Source of the DNA: an uncultured Spirochaetota bacterium
GTDB taxonomy: Bacteria; Spirochaetota; Spirochaetia; SZUA-6; CAVTHK01
DNA: 64,000 nucleotides
Assembly: GCA_963734495.1 (NCBI GenBank)
Contig: CAVTHK010000011.1
Location: forward strand, 480,001 to 544,000
Reading direction: 5' to 3'
Within the stretch, counting starts at the first letter, position 1. Each line of letters opens with the position of its first letter. A program made the position numbers and the translations under genes. The notes below the pieces were generated by a model. It did not search any database and was not told the DNA's origin. It was given only the letters and a program-made list of their open reading frames with translations. This document shows, piece by piece, positions 18,828 to 29,487 of this stretch.

Positions 18828-19967
18828 CCCGGTCAGCGCGGCATATTCGTCGATCCAGGCGCGGTAGTTCGCGTCCATCCGTTCGGTCACGGCCTGCCGG
18901 AGCTGGAGCGCGGCGTCCGTGAGAATGAGTCGCCTTTCCCCCGTGGCGATGATTTCCCGCACTCGCCGCCGTATCGCATCCGGCTCGCCATGCTCGATCT
19001 CCACGAATTCGATGTTGCCGATGAGCGTCAACTTGTCGCCCACCGCTTGCCGCGCTTCGCGGATGCTCAGATCACCCTGCGGCGGCGGCTCCACCGGATT
19101 GGTGGCGTCGTAGCCCATCTCCACGATTCTGCGGATGGCGTACGCGACCTTTCCGTGGCAGTGGCAATCCAGGGGCGTCCCGTATCTCTTGAGCTGCCGC
19201 ACAAGGGCGCCTTCGTAGGGCACGACGAAGTCGTCGAATGACTGGGGTCGCATCATGGGCGGCGTGAACTGTTCGGAACCGCCAAAGACAACCGCGCAAT
19301 CCAGCTTCTGCCGTGAGAAGAGCGCGCCGACGCAGAGGGAGATTCTTCGCGTGATTTCCTTGCAGTAGTCACGCACCGTTTCCGGCTCGACAAAGCACAG
19401 CTCCAGGAAGTTCTCGAGGTGCATGCAGTGGGAAATCGCCACCGCCGGCGAGGGCAGGAAGATCTGCGGATAGCCGTTGTCGCAAAGGTCAGCGTCGAGC
19501 GCGTTGAATAGCTCGATTGTCTTGTCGACCGACTCCTCGCAGACTTCGAACGGCGCGTCAATCATGCGGTCGAGCGCCTTCCTGTCGTCGCCCGGCGTGA
19601 TCATGTGCCAGTCGGTGGCAAATCCGGCGGTCTCGTGGTCTTCGTAGAACACATCCCCGCCGGGAAGGCTGATGGTGCCCTTGATGATGCGCTTGTCGGG
19701 AGAAGCCTGCACCACTTCGGTCCTGATCCTGTTTGAGGAAACCATCATGTAGCGGTTGAAGAGCGGCGGCTCGAAACCGAGGTACGAATCGCACCAGGGC
19801 CGCGCGTATTCCCGCAATTCCAGGAATCGCCGCTCCCTGGTCCAACCCCAGAGGAAGACGTCGTCGGGGAGCCTCGTATGGAGGTGGAAGGACGAGCCGA
19901 GATTCAGGGGCGGACGGTCCACTGCCCGCCCGGCCAAGGCGGCCTTGATCCGCTCGCGGCCCGTCAT
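18819..19967 (-). CDS. URO-D/MtaA family protein (divergent)
   Basis: MTGRERI.AAL.G..VDRPP, FDDFVVPY, HCHG, NPVEPPPQGD, LIGNI. Confidence 0.75.
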   Translation of the reverse strand: MTGRERIKAALAGRAVDRPPLNLGSSFHLHTRLPDDVFLWGWTRERRFLELREYARPWCDSYLGFEPPLFNRYMMVSSNRIRTEVVQASPDKRIIKGTISLPGGDVFYEDHETAGFATDWHMITPGDDRKALDRMIDAPFEVCEESVDKTIELFNALDADLCDNGYPQIFLPSPAVAISHCMHLENFLELCFVEPETVRDYCKEITRRISLCVGALFSRQKLDCAVVFGGSEQFTPPMMRPQSFDDFVVPYEGALVRQLKRYGTPLDCHCHGKVAYAIRRIVEMGYDATNPVEPPPQGDLSIREARQAVGDKLTLIGNIEFVEIEHGEPDAIRRRVREIIATGERRLILTDAALQLRQAVTERMDANYRAWIDEYAALTGSR

Positions 19968-21307
19968 CGTGCCGGCCGTATCGTTATCTCTCCGTCGCCG
20001 GCCTCTTTGGCCAGCGCAACGAGGCGGTTCCGCATGTCGGAGCGCAGGTCGGAGTGCGCGGGATCTCCGACAAGATTGCGTCTCTGGACGGGATCTGCTT
20101 CGTTGTCGAAGAGATACCGTTCGACGTACGAGCTGGACCGGCCTTCTCTGTTCGGATTTTTCGAAGGATCGTAGACGCAGTAGGTGTAGCGCCTGGACCT
20201 GAGCGCGCGCCCAAGGTACGACTCGCTGATCTGGATGTAGACGTCCTCCCTCCAGTCGCCGCCGTCGAAAACCCGCTGGAGCGGCTCGCCCCGCATGCCC
20301 GAAGAATCCGCTCCCGCGGCCGTCACAATGGTCCTGGGGATGTCGAGCAGGCTGACCATCCTGTCGGCCTGCCTCGGGCCCCGGAAACCGGGGCCCGAGA
20401 TCACCATCGGGATGTGGACGGTATTCTCGTAGCAGCTTCGCTTGTAGTCGTCGAAGCCGCCCTCAGTGCAGTCGCCGATTCTGGTCTTGAAATGACAGCC
20501 GTGGTCGGAGGTGTAGATGAGCAGCGTATCCTCGTACAGCTTTCGCTCCCTGAGCTTCGCTACGACGCGCCCCAGGTTCGCGTCCAGGGCGTTGCAGCAG
20601 CCAAGGTAGTCGGGGAGCTGCTTTTCCCAGTCGCCCTCGCCCGGGTTCAGGTCCGCCGGCGGCGTGAACCCTCCGAATCGTTCGCGGCTGCCCCTGGGCC
20701 CCTCGAAGCAATCGTGGTCGTTCTGGTGATGGGGCTCGATGTTGGAAACAAAGATGAAGAACGGCCTTTCCTCCAGCGGCGATCGCTGGTCGAGATAGTG
20801 CAGTGCGTAGTCAGTGATGCAATCGGGGCGGTAGCCGGAGAACTCCACCCTGTTCCCGTAGCCGTCATGCACATAGCCGCCGTATCCGTGCGAGGTGAAC
20901 TCTAGAATATCCGAGACCATCCAGTAGTCGTCGTAGCCTCCGCGGCGCTCCCTGGGAATCGGGCCGGTCTCGTGATTGGCGCCGCCGTGGTCCGAGGCGA
21001 GATGCCACTTGCCGACATAGGCGACCATGTAGCCGGCCTCGCGCATTCTGCGGGCGAGGGTGCGGCAGTCCTGCGGCAGGGAGATTCCGTTGCGGAAACA
21101 ACCGACCTCCGTCGGATACAGCCCCGTCTGAAGCATGGCGCGCGCAGGACCACAGACCGGCTGAGCGGTGTACGCCCTCGCGAAGTTCACGCCTTCCTTC
21201 GCCAGGACATCCAGATTGGGGGTTACATCCAGCGGCTGGCCATTGCACCCCAGCGTGTCAAAGCGCTGCTGATCCGAAAAGAACACGACAACGTTCGGTT
21301 TCTTCAT
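19964..21307 (-). CDS. Formylglycine-dependent sulfatase
   Basis: KPNVVVFFSDQQR, CGPAR (CxPxR), GKWHL, EPH, SDHG. Confidence 0.9.
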   Translation of the reverse strand: MKKPNVVVFFSDQQRFDTLGCNGQPLDVTPNLDVLAKEGVNFARAYTAQPVCGPARAMLQTGLYPTEVGCFRNGISLPQDCRTLARRMREAGYMVAYVGKWHLASDHGGANHETGPIPRERRGGYDDYWMVSDILEFTSHGYGGYVHDGYGNRVEFSGYRPDCITDYALHYLDQRSPLEERPFFIFVSNIEPHHQNDHDCFEGPRGSRERFGGFTPPADLNPGEGDWEKQLPDYLGCCNALDANLGRVVAKLRERKLYEDTLLIYTSDHGCHFKTRIGDCTEGGFDDYKRSCYENTVHIPMVISGPGFRGPRQADRMVSLLDIPRTIVTAAGADSSGMRGEPLQRVFDGGDWREDVYIQISESYLGRALRSRRYTYCVYDPSKNPNREGRSSSYVERYLFDNEADPVQRRNLVGDPAHSDLRSDMRNRLVALAKEAGDGEITIRPAR

Positions 21308-21321
21308 GCTCCACTCCGAGG

Positions 21322-22197
21322 TCAACCCTTGATGCCGGAAGTGACGATACCGGCCACAAAGGTCTTCTGCGCGAAAACAAACAGGACGACCAGGGGCAGG
21401 ATGATCACGCTTGTGGCCGCCATCACGTAGTTCCACTGGGTGTCCAGGTCGCTCCTGAAGAGCACCAACGCCAGCTGCAGGGTCATCATCTTGGGATCGG
21501 TGGTGATGATCAGCGGCCACACGTATTCGTTCCAGGTCTGGGTGGCCTTGAGGCAGAGCAGCGAGGCGAAGACGGGCAGCGACAGGGGGACGTAGATGTG
21601 CAAGAACGAACCCGTTCTCGAGAGACCGTCCATCTTCGCCGCGTCGTCGAGCGATTTCGGAAAGTTCAGGAAGTACTGGCGGAAGAGAAAGACGCCAAAG
21701 GACCCGGCGATGTAAGGCGCGAGCAGGCCGAAATACGTGTTGATGAAACCTAGCCCTCCGTGGCCCAGGATGTTGTTGCCGCCCGCGAGGGGGAAGTCTT
21801 TGAGAATGAGGAACGTCGGCACCATGGAGGCCTGCGGCGGGATCATAAGCCCTATCAAACCCGCAAAAAAGAGGGCGTCACGTCCGCGGAACTGGAGACG
21901 GGAAAAGGCAAACCCGGCCAGCGAATTGATGACCAGGCTCGAAATCACCGTGATGGTGGTGATCAGGATCGTGTTGAAGAAATACCTGCCCCAGTTGCCG
22001 GCCCGCAAGGCCTCCCGGTAGTTCTCCAGGTGAATGCTCTTCGGCACGAAGAAGTTGACAAAGCTCCCGCGCGAGAAGATCTCCCCCATGCTCTTGAGCG
22101 AGGTTGCCAGCATGAGAAACAGCGGGATGAGCATGATGACGGAAATGACCGACAGCGCGAGGATGAGAAGAGCGGGAAACACGGTTTTCCTGCCCAT
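21322..22197 (-). CDS. Carbohydrate ABC permease (MalG-like)
   Basis: Hydrophobic; LDDAAKMDG EAA motif, WNEYVWP. Confidence 0.9.
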   Translation of the reverse strand: MGRKTVFPALLILALSVISVIMLIPLFLMLATSLKSMGEIFSRGSFVNFFVPKSIHLENYREALRAGNWGRYFFNTILITTITVISSLVINSLAGFAFSRLQFRGRDALFFAGLIGLMIPPQASMVPTFLILKDFPLAGGNNILGHGGLGFINTYFGLLAPYIAGSFGVFLFRQYFLNFPKSLDDAAKMDGLSRTGSFLHIYVPLSLPVFASLLCLKATQTWNEYVWPLIITTDPKMMTLQLALVLFRSDLDTQWNYVMAATSVIILPLVVLFVFAQKTFVAGIVTSGIKG

Positions 22198-22225
22198 GGC
22201 TACCCCTGTCGACACGCGGCCGGCA

Positions 22226-23143
22226 TCAGCTCAGATCCAGGTCCTGCCCGCGGCTGCCGAAACGGAAATTCAAGGCCGTCATGACGGCGACGATGGCGAT
22301 GAGCAGAATCGTTATGGACGAGGCGTACCCGACTTTGTACTCCACGAAGCCGCGGACGTACACCTGGTGCATGATGGTGGTGGTGGCGTTCATCGGTCCG
22401 CCGTTGGTCAGTATGTTCACCTGCTCGAAGACGTTGAAGTTGTTGATGAAACCCGTGACCAGCAGGAAGAAGGTCGTGGGCCGCAGCATGGGCAGCGTGA
22501 TGTAGATGAGCTGCCGGGGCGCGTTCGCGCCCTCGATTCTCGCCGCCTCGTAAAGCTGTTCGGGAATGGCGAGAAGGCCGGCTGTGAAAATGACCATGTT
22601 GTAGCCGACGAACTTCCACACCGTTACCAGCATGACGCAGAGCAGGGCGATGTCGACGTTGAAGATCCAGTTCGAGCGGTGGATGCCGGCGATGTCGAGA
22701 ACCCCGTTCAGGAAGCCGTAGCCGGGATCGTACATCCAGAGCCAGATCATGGAGGCGGCCGCCATCGACACGACGTAAGGCATGAAGAAACAGGTCCTGA
22801 ACAACCGCGTGCCCCACGTGACCCTGATAAAGGCGAGCGCGGCCAGCAGACCCAGGACGATCGTCATCGACAGCGTTCCGACGGTAAAGACCGCGGTGTT
22901 GACGATGGAAATCCTGAGGATGGGATCAGACAGCATCTTCCTGTAGTTGTCCAGGCCCGCAAAACGAATCGTCGACAGGTCATAGTGGGCGAAGCTGAGG
23001 ATGACGTTGATGACGATGGGCAGCAGCAGGAAGATGAGCAGGAAAAGGTAGTACGGGGCGATCATGAGGTAGCCGATGTCGTCCTCGCGGAACCTCGGGG
23101 TCTTCTTCGTCGTGAACGCTCCCGGCCTCAGCCGCTCCTCCAA
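22226..23143 (-). CDS. Carbohydrate ABC permease (MalF-like)
   Basis: LYEAARIEGA..ITLPMLRP, TNGGP. Confidence 0.9.
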   Translation of the reverse strand: MEERLRPGAFTTKKTPRFREDDIGYLMIAPYYLFLLIFLLLPIVINVILSFAHYDLSTIRFAGLDNYRKMLSDPILRISIVNTAVFTVGTLSMTIVLGLLAALAFIRVTWGTRLFRTCFFMPYVVSMAAASMIWLWMYDPGYGFLNGVLDIAGIHRSNWIFNVDIALLCVMLVTVWKFVGYNMVIFTAGLLAIPEQLYEAARIEGANAPRQLIYITLPMLRPTTFFLLVTGFINNFNVFEQVNILTNGGPMNATTTIMHQVYVRGFVEYKVGYASSITILLIAIVAVMTALNFRFGSRGQDLDLS

Positions 23144-23150
23144 AGAAGAA

Positions 23151-23185
23151 GCCGCGTCGTCGATTGGTGTAGACGGCGACGCGGC
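23151..23185 (-). terminator. Stem-loop between the binding protein and permease genes
   Basis: GCCGCGTCG...CGACGCGGC followed by TTCTTCTTT on the minus strand. Confidence 0.5.
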
Positions 23186-23207
23186 ATGCTTCGCGCCCTG
23201 AACGAGC

Positions 23208-24474
23208 CTATTTCGGAAGCTCGGCGAGGATCTGCTCCTGGGCGGTTTTCATTGCGTCCGCGGCCCTGGCCTTGCCCTGCATCACGGATTCATAGGCAGG
23301 CGCCCAGTACTTGTACAGCGTGTTCACCCACTGAATCGAAAAAGCTCCTCTGCCGACAGCGGCCGTCTCGACGACGATCTTGTTGACGGCGGGGTCCTTC
23401 TTGATGAACTCGTCCTGCAGCGACTTGCGTATCGGAATGATGCCGAGCTCCATCCTTTGACGCACCTCGTTCACGCTGGCGAAGCCCTTCATGACCTGCC
23501 ACGTCGCGTCCGGGTTCTTGCTGTCCTTCATGATCGCCATCAGGCGGTAGCCGCAGAACGACGAGGTCTTCTTGTTCATGAGCGGCGGCCCATAGAGGAT
23601 CTGTGCTGCGAGCTCCGGCTTGTTCTTGATCAGGACCTTGACGTTGTCCACCATGAGAAAGGCCATCGCTCCGGTCCCGTTCATGAAGGACATGGTCTCC
23701 TTCTTCTGCCAGTCGTTGGGCAGGGTCAGGCCCGCCTTGACGAAGCCGTACAGGTACTCGACGGTCTCGGCCACCTCCGGATCGGTGAGCCTCGGCTTCA
23801 TCGCGACTTCGTCGATGACGATGGCGCCGTTCATGAGACAGAAAGGCTCGGCCACGTTCAGGAAGAAATCAACGGTCGGGATGTCGATTCCGGGCTGGAT
23901 GATGTTCCCCTTGTCGTCCTTCTTCGTCAGTTTCTCGGCGTATTCCCGCAATTCCTTCCAGTTCCTGGGAGGCTTGGCAGGATCGAGACCCGCTTTCTCG
24001 AAAAGGTCTTTGCGGTACACGAAGTTGATGGGTGCCGGCGCGACTCCGAGGGCCACAAACTTTCCACCCACCTTGCCGACGTTGAGGGCGCTTTCGAGAA
24101 AGTCGCTCCTCTCCTCCCATTTGGCGAGATAGTCATCGAGAACGAGGAATTCGCCCCTGATGCCCCAGGGCGCCAGGCTGGAGAGCACGATGTAGACACA
24201 GTCCGGCGTCTGGCCGCTCAGCTTGGCGGCGTTGAGCTTGTTCTCGAAATCAACCGCAGTTCCCGGGACCACGGTGGCTTCGACCTTGATGTCCTTGCTC
24301 GCGGCGTTGAAGCGCTGCGCGAAAGGCTCGGCATACTGGCTCATACCGTCGTAGTTGCTGAACCATACCTTTATGGGCCCGGTCGGCTTGGCGGCCGGTT
24401 CCGTCGTTCCGCCTGCTGATGCCAGTGCTGACGACGAGCACCAATAAACACAGGGTCACAATGGTCCTTTTCAT
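23208..24474 (-). CDS. Sugar ABC extracellular solute-binding protein; frameshift near 24412
   Basis: Signal peptide MKRTIVTLCLLVLVV in one frame; YRKDLFEKAGLDP..PP..W.EL in another. Confidence 0.85.
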
Positions 24475-24550
24475 ATCCACCGGCCTCCTTGACGATTTTT
24501 CCTGGTTCCGAAACCTGCGTCAAAAAGCTTTGCATGGCCAATGTCACCTG

Positions 24551-25705
24551 TCAAGGTTGTCCCTGCCAACTGTCCGGGCCGGCTGGCGTCGGCCTGCTCA
24601 GGGGGCCGCCGTATTGATCGTCTTGACCGACGTCGATCATGTGTTCGATCGTGTCCACAGAGACGTCGGCCTGGAGGATGTGCGCCGGCGCAATGAGGTA
24701 GCCTCCGCGGGCGCCGAGAATCGCCGCCCTCCTGCGGATCTCGGCCGATATGGCCGCCTTGTCGCCCCGCGGCAGGAGCACCTGCTGATCGATGCCGCCG
24801 AAAAAGTTGATGCGCCCCCCATACAGCCGCGCCAGCTCCTCCGGATCGGACCCGGGGACATTCGGCTGCACGGGGTTGTAGACCTCGACCCCCAGCTCGA
24901 TGAAATCGCCGATCAGGGGCGCCACCGCCCCGTCGGAATGCATGATGACCATGATCCCGGGATTCGCCGCTTTGACTCTGTCGATGATCCGTTTGTGCCG
25001 CGGCTTGTAGCGCTCCCGCCACTGCCGCGGCGAGATCAGCGTCGAAGTCTGGCTTCCCAGATCTTCGCCGAACCAGAGCGCATCGACTCCTGCGTCCACC
25101 AGGCGCAGAGCGAGACCCGTCGTCCACTCCTCCACGCGCTGGTCGAGCGCCGCTGTCCAGTCCTCCTCCATGGCCATGCCGACCAGGTACTTCTCCATCC
25201 CGGCAAGGTGCCAGGCGAGCTCGAACAGGGACAGCTCCACGTCGCCGATGACGAAATACTCACCACCGAATCGATCTATGTCGCGCCGGGCCTTGTCAAA
25301 GCGACCCGGTGCCAGAGGGTCGGGGAAAGCGTATGCCTCGATGTCTGCCGCCGAGCGCGCCTCCTCCAGGGGGCACTTCACGACCTCGACGTAAAGCGGC
25401 GTCGGCGACATGTGCATGCCGAACTCGTTGCAGGTCACGTTTGACCGCACGCTCGACGGCACGAAGCCCGACCGGACGGTCCCGCCGACGACGACACAGT
25501 CGCTTCCCATCGCGGTCCGGATGGCGTTGGCGGAAATCCGGTAGGTGAGATCCTCGTAGTAGGACAGGGAATACTCCGGCTCGATCCCGAGCTTCTTTCC
25601 GAAGGCATCCGTGAGGCTGCGGCAGAGGTCGAATTGCAGCGGCGGCCGGTCGGGCAGACCTGGCTTCTTCCCGAAAGCGTGCAGAACGCGGTCCCTGGAG
25701 CTCAT
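24551..25705 (-). CDS. URO-D/MtaA family protein
   Basis: MSSRDRV..PDRPP, GEDLGSQ, HSDG, NPVQP, FFGGIDQQ, APAH. Confidence 0.85.
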   Translation of the reverse strand: MSSRDRVLHAFGKKPGLPDRPPLQFDLCRSLTDAFGKKLGIEPEYSLSYYEDLTYRISANAIRTAMGSDCVVVGGTVRSGFVPSSVRSNVTCNEFGMHMSPTPLYVEVVKCPLEEARSAADIEAYAFPDPLAPGRFDKARRDIDRFGGEYFVIGDVELSLFELAWHLAGMEKYLVGMAMEEDWTAALDQRVEEWTTGLALRLVDAGVDALWFGEDLGSQTSTLISPRQWRERYKPRHKRIIDRVKAANPGIMVIMHSDGAVAPLIGDFIELGVEVYNPVQPNVPGSDPEELARLYGGRINFFGGIDQQVLLPRGDKAAISAEIRRRAAILGARGGYLIAPAHILQADVSVDTIEHMIDVGQDDQYGGPLSRPTPAGPDSWQGQP

Positions 25706-25835
25706 GATGCGGCCTCCCACCTGTTTCAGCCTGACAATTCCCGTCGGTGGAATCCTCTCTGATCGTAATGCGCCGCCGCGCGCGGGTCCATGGCTGTCGG
25801 GGTGTGCCGCGGCGCCGGAGGGCGCCGCGCGATGG

Positions 25836-26669
25836 TCATCCCTTGAGGCCGGTCGCGGCCACGCTCTGGATGAACTGCTTCTGGAAAAACAGGAATACGG
25901 CCATCACGGGAAGGCTCGCGATCACCGCGGCAGCCTCCGCTTTGGCGTACTCGTACTGGTAGGTTCCCGAGAAATTGGCGAGCCCCACCGGAAGCGTGAA
26001 CATGGGCGGCTTGTTCGAGACGATGAGCGGCCACATAAAGTCGTTCCATGCGCCGAGGAAAGCGAAGATCGCAAGCGCCGAGAGTGCCGCCACCGTGAGC
26101 GGCATCATGATCGTGGAGTAGATCCGCAGGCGTCCGGCCCCCTCGATCTCCGCGGCTTCCTCGTATTCCCGCGGGATCTGCAGGAAGAACTGCCGGAGCA
26201 TGAAGACCCCGAGTGCGAGGGCGAGGCGCGGGATGATGATCCCGGGGTAGGTGGCGACGAGCCCCATGGAGTTCACCATGAGGTAGAGGGGGACGATCGT
26301 GACCTGCTGGGGCACCATGAGTGTCGCCAGCACGGCGGCAAAGACGACGTCGCGGCCCGGGAACCTGATCCTGGCGAACGCGAAGGCCGCCAGCGAGTTG
26401 ATGAACAGGTCAAGAACGACCACGACGGTGGAAACGATGACGCTGTTGAGCAGCCACCGCAGCAGCAGCGACTTGAAGAGTATGTACTGGTAGTTCTCCC
26501 ACGTGAACCTGAGCGGGATCCATCGCAGCGGCAGCCTGGTGGTGTCCGCCTCGGGCGTGAACGAGGTCGACACCATCCACACGAAAGGGATCACCCACAC
26601 GACGGACACCACGACGAGAGCCGCTGCGAGGATCGGACGATACCGGGCGGACCTTTGCTCTCGAATCAT
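25836..26669 (-). CDS. Carbohydrate ABC permease
   Basis: EEAAEIEGA, WNDFMWP. Confidence 0.9.
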   Translation of the reverse strand: MIREQRSARYRPILAAALVVVSVVWVIPFVWMVSTSFTPEADTTRLPLRWIPLRFTWENYQYILFKSLLLRWLLNSVIVSTVVVVLDLFINSLAAFAFARIRFPGRDVVFAAVLATLMVPQQVTIVPLYLMVNSMGLVATYPGIIIPRLALALGVFMLRQFFLQIPREYEEAAEIEGAGRLRIYSTIMMPLTVAALSALAIFAFLGAWNDFMWPLIVSNKPPMFTLPVGLANFSGTYQYEYAKAEAAAVIASLPVMAVFLFFQKQFIQSVAATGLKG

Positions 26670-26679
26670 GGGCCGGCCT

Positions 26680-27555
26680 CTACTCCTCTTTCCCGCCGAC
26701 GCGGATCTGCGCGAGCGTAAAGACCATGATGAACGCGAGGAGCACGTAGGCCATCGCCGAGGCGTAGCCCATCTTCCAGTACTTGAAGCCGCTTTCGTAG
26801 ATGTACTGCACGAGCACTCTCGTCGCCCCGTAGGGGCCGCCGCCGGTCATGATGTAGACCTGACCGAAGATCTGGAAGCTCCTGATGACCTGCATGACGA
26901 CGACGAAGAGCGTGATTCTCCGCAGCAGGGGCAGCGTGATGTACCAGAACTCCTGAAACCTGCCCGCGCCGTCTATCTTCGCGGCGTCCCGGAGCTCGGC
27001 GGGGATGTCCTGGAGCCCTGCCAGAAAGAGCACCATGTTGAACCCGACGGTCCACCACACGGTCGTGAGCGCGATCGACGGCATGGCGAGGCGCGGATCT
27101 CCCAGCCAGTTGACCGAGGCGAGAAACGGGATCCCGCGCAGGTGCCAGCTCAGCAGGCCGTGCCTGGGCTGCAGGAGCCAGAGCCACAGCATGCCCACCA
27201 CGGAGATGGAGAGAATGTAGGGAAGGAAGACCGCCGCGCGGAAAAACGTCCGTCCCGGCACCTTCGTGTTCAGCAGGAGGGCGAACAGGAGGCCGACGAC
27301 GACGAGAAGCGGGGTGCTCAGCACGACGAAGTAGAGGGTGTTCCCGAGCGACTTCCAGAACGTGTCGTCGCCGAGCATCTTCGCGTAGTTGGCGAGGCCG
27401 ACAAAGGGCCGGTTGCTTCCGAGGATCGCCCAGTCGTGGAGGCTGATCCAGAGCCCCGAAAAGATCGGGTACACCATGAAAACAGCGACCACGACCAGGT
27501 ACGGGGCGAGAAAGAGGTATCCGTCCCGCGTGTTCCTCAGGAGCTTCTTGTCCAT
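26680..27555 (-). CDS. Carbohydrate ABC permease
   Basis: DAAKIDGA..ITLPLL, TGGGP. Confidence 0.9.
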   Translation of the reverse strand: MDKKLLRNTRDGYLFLAPYLVVVAVFMVYPIFSGLWISLHDWAILGSNRPFVGLANYAKMLGDDTFWKSLGNTLYFVVLSTPLLVVVGLLFALLLNTKVPGRTFFRAAVFLPYILSISVVGMLWLWLLQPRHGLLSWHLRGIPFLASVNWLGDPRLAMPSIALTTVWWTVGFNMVLFLAGLQDIPAELRDAAKIDGAGRFQEFWYITLPLLRRITLFVVVMQVIRSFQIFGQVYIMTGGGPYGATRVLVQYIYESGFKYWKMGYASAMAYVLLAFIMVFTLAQIRVGGKEE

Positions 27556-27574
27556 GGACGGCGCGCCGAAAGAC

Positions 27575-27600
27575 GCGCCGGCGGGTTGCCCCGCCGGCGC
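27575..27600 (-). terminator. Intra-operon stem-loop after the binding protein gene
   Basis: GCGCCGGCGGG-TTGC-CCCGCCGGCGC 11-bp stem. Confidence 0.5.
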
Positions 27601-27607
27601 CAGTATC

Positions 27608-28891
27608 CTACTTGAGAACGGCGTTGACTTTCGCCGCCGCGTCGTCGAGTGCCTGCTTCGGGTCCTTTTTGGCGATCAGGGCCGCCTGCACGCCTTCGGT
27701 GACGTACTTCTCGACCTCGTCCAGCGAGCTGATGGCCGGCGCGTACTTGACGTTGGCGAGCATCGAGAGGTCGCTCGCGAACGGCCGGTTAGGAAGGGAC
27801 TGGTATTCCTTGCCGTTGATCACGCTCTTGCGCGACGGAACGTGGCCGGCCTTGGTCCACATGATCGTGTTGTTGGTCATCCAGTTGATAAAGGTCATCG
27901 AGGCCGCGAGCTTCTGATTGTCCGTGGTCTTTCCCTGCGGCAGCGCGAACACGTGGGAGTTCGCCCAGAAGGCCGGCTGCTTTCCGACCTGGGGGAAGAA
28001 GGTGGTGCCGAACTCGACGTTTTTGTCGGCTTCGTAGACTCCGGTCCTCCAGACGCCGTAAGCCTCGCCCGCCGCCTCGTTGTTCTTGAACATGGCCAGG
28101 GTCTGCGCGTTGGTCAGGTTCTCGGGGGCGTACTTGTACTTGTAGATGAGGTCCTGCATCATCCTGAGGGCCTGCACGCCCTCGGGCCCGTTGAACGCGG
28201 CCTTCTTGTTGTCTGCGGTCAGGAGCGTCCCGCCGTTCTGGTAGAGGAAGCCGAACCACTCGCGGTAAGCCCCGACGGAGTTGGCGGCAAGCGCGTAGGC
28301 CGAGGTCCCGGTCTTCGCCTTGACCGTGTCGAGCACCTTGAGCCAGCCTTCGAGGGTCGTCGGGGCCTGGAACTTGCCGTCGGCGCCGAGCAGGCCGGCC
28401 GCCTTCATCACCTTCTTGTTGTAGAGGTAGATCATCGGGTGCACGTCGAGAGGCACGCCGTACTGCTTTCCGTCGTAGAAGCTCCGCTTCCAGGGCACGT
28501 CGAGGAAGTCGTCGCCGGGGATGGCATACTTCTTGACGAGCTCGTCCATCGGACGCAGCGCGCCTTTGGGGGCGAGCACGGGGATGTAGGTCATGTGAAT
28601 GATGGCCACTTCGGGCCCGTTTCCGCCCGCGATCGCGGTGGTGAGAAAGTCGTAGTAGTTCTCCCACTTGGCGGTCAGGGGCACGATCTTGATGTCCTTG
28701 GTCCCGGACTGGAACTTGTCCACCATGGCGTCCATGTAGTCCTTGTCGCCGCCGGTAAACAGGGTCCAGTAATTGATCGAGACGGGACCGGCCGTTTTCG
28801 CCGCCCCCTCCTTCTCACCGCCCGCCCAGGCGCCGGCTGCCAGAAACATGGCCACGAACGCCACGGCAAAGACCCTGGCTGTTGCCTTCAT
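27608..28891 (-). CDS. Sugar ABC solute-binding protein
   Basis: Signal peptide then AGGEKE; WTLFTGGD, YGVPLDVHP, YNK. Confidence 0.9.
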   Translation of the reverse strand: MKATARVFAVAFVAMFLAAGAWAGGEKEGAAKTAGPVSINYWTLFTGGDKDYMDAMVDKFQSGTKDIKIVPLTAKWENYYDFLTTAIAGGNGPEVAIIHMTYIPVLAPKGALRPMDELVKKYAIPGDDFLDVPWKRSFYDGKQYGVPLDVHPMIYLYNKKVMKAAGLLGADGKFQAPTTLEGWLKVLDTVKAKTGTSAYALAANSVGAYREWFGFLYQNGGTLLTADNKKAAFNGPEGVQALRMMQDLIYKYKYAPENLTNAQTLAMFKNNEAAGEAYGVWRTGVYEADKNVEFGTTFFPQVGKQPAFWANSHVFALPQGKTTDNQKLAASMTFINWMTNNTIMWTKAGHVPSRKSVINGKEYQSLPNRPFASDLSMLANVKYAPAISSLDEVEKYVTEGVQAALIAKKDPKQALDDAAAKVNAVLK

Positions 28892-29084
28892 ACTTGTTCT
28901 CCTCTTTCTTTGAGATACGCGAAGTGGTTCCTCGCGCGGGAACGCTAGACCATACCACATGGGGGCCCGTTGTTGAAGTGCGGCGAGCCCGGCGGCGAGC
29001 CCGCGGCAGCGGCATGCGGGCGGATTGCCCGCGGGTGCCTCTCATCGTTAACTTCCCTGACATCGCTCTCCACAGGAGGCTTCC

Positions 29085-29453
29085 ATGGCTCGAGTGGGTC
29101 ATTTCGATTTCTCGGCGACGGATCCCGCGAAGCTAATGTCGTTCTACAAGGACATCTTCGGGTGGAAGTTCGAGGACTCCGGCATGCCGGGCATGGATTA
29201 CTGGCTGGTGACCACCGGCCCGGACAAAGAGCCCGGAATCAACGGCGGGATGACGAAGAGATACAAGGACAGCAGCACCCTGAACACGATCATCGTCGAA
29301 AACATCGACGCGACGCTCAAGAAGGTCACGGGCGCGGGCGGAAAGGTGACTCAGCCCAAGGGCCCCATCCCGGGCGTCGGCTGGTACGCGGAGTTCAGCG
29401 ACCCGCAGGACAACGCTTTCGGAGTGATGCAGTCAGACCCGAAGGCGAAGTAG
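29085..29453 (+). CDS. VOC/glyoxalase family protein
   Basis: HFD...DP...FY..IFGW, GINGG, GG....K.PIPGVG.YA.F.DP..N.FG. Confidence 0.9.
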   Translation: MARVGHFDFSATDPAKLMSFYKDIFGWKFEDSGMPGMDYWLVTTGPDKEPGINGGMTKRYKDSSTLNTIIVENIDATLKKVTGAGGKVTQPKGPIPGVGWYAEFSDPQDNAFGVMQSDPKAK

Positions 29454-29487
29454 AGCGGCGCAAAAAGAGCGCGGTGCGCCTGCCTGC

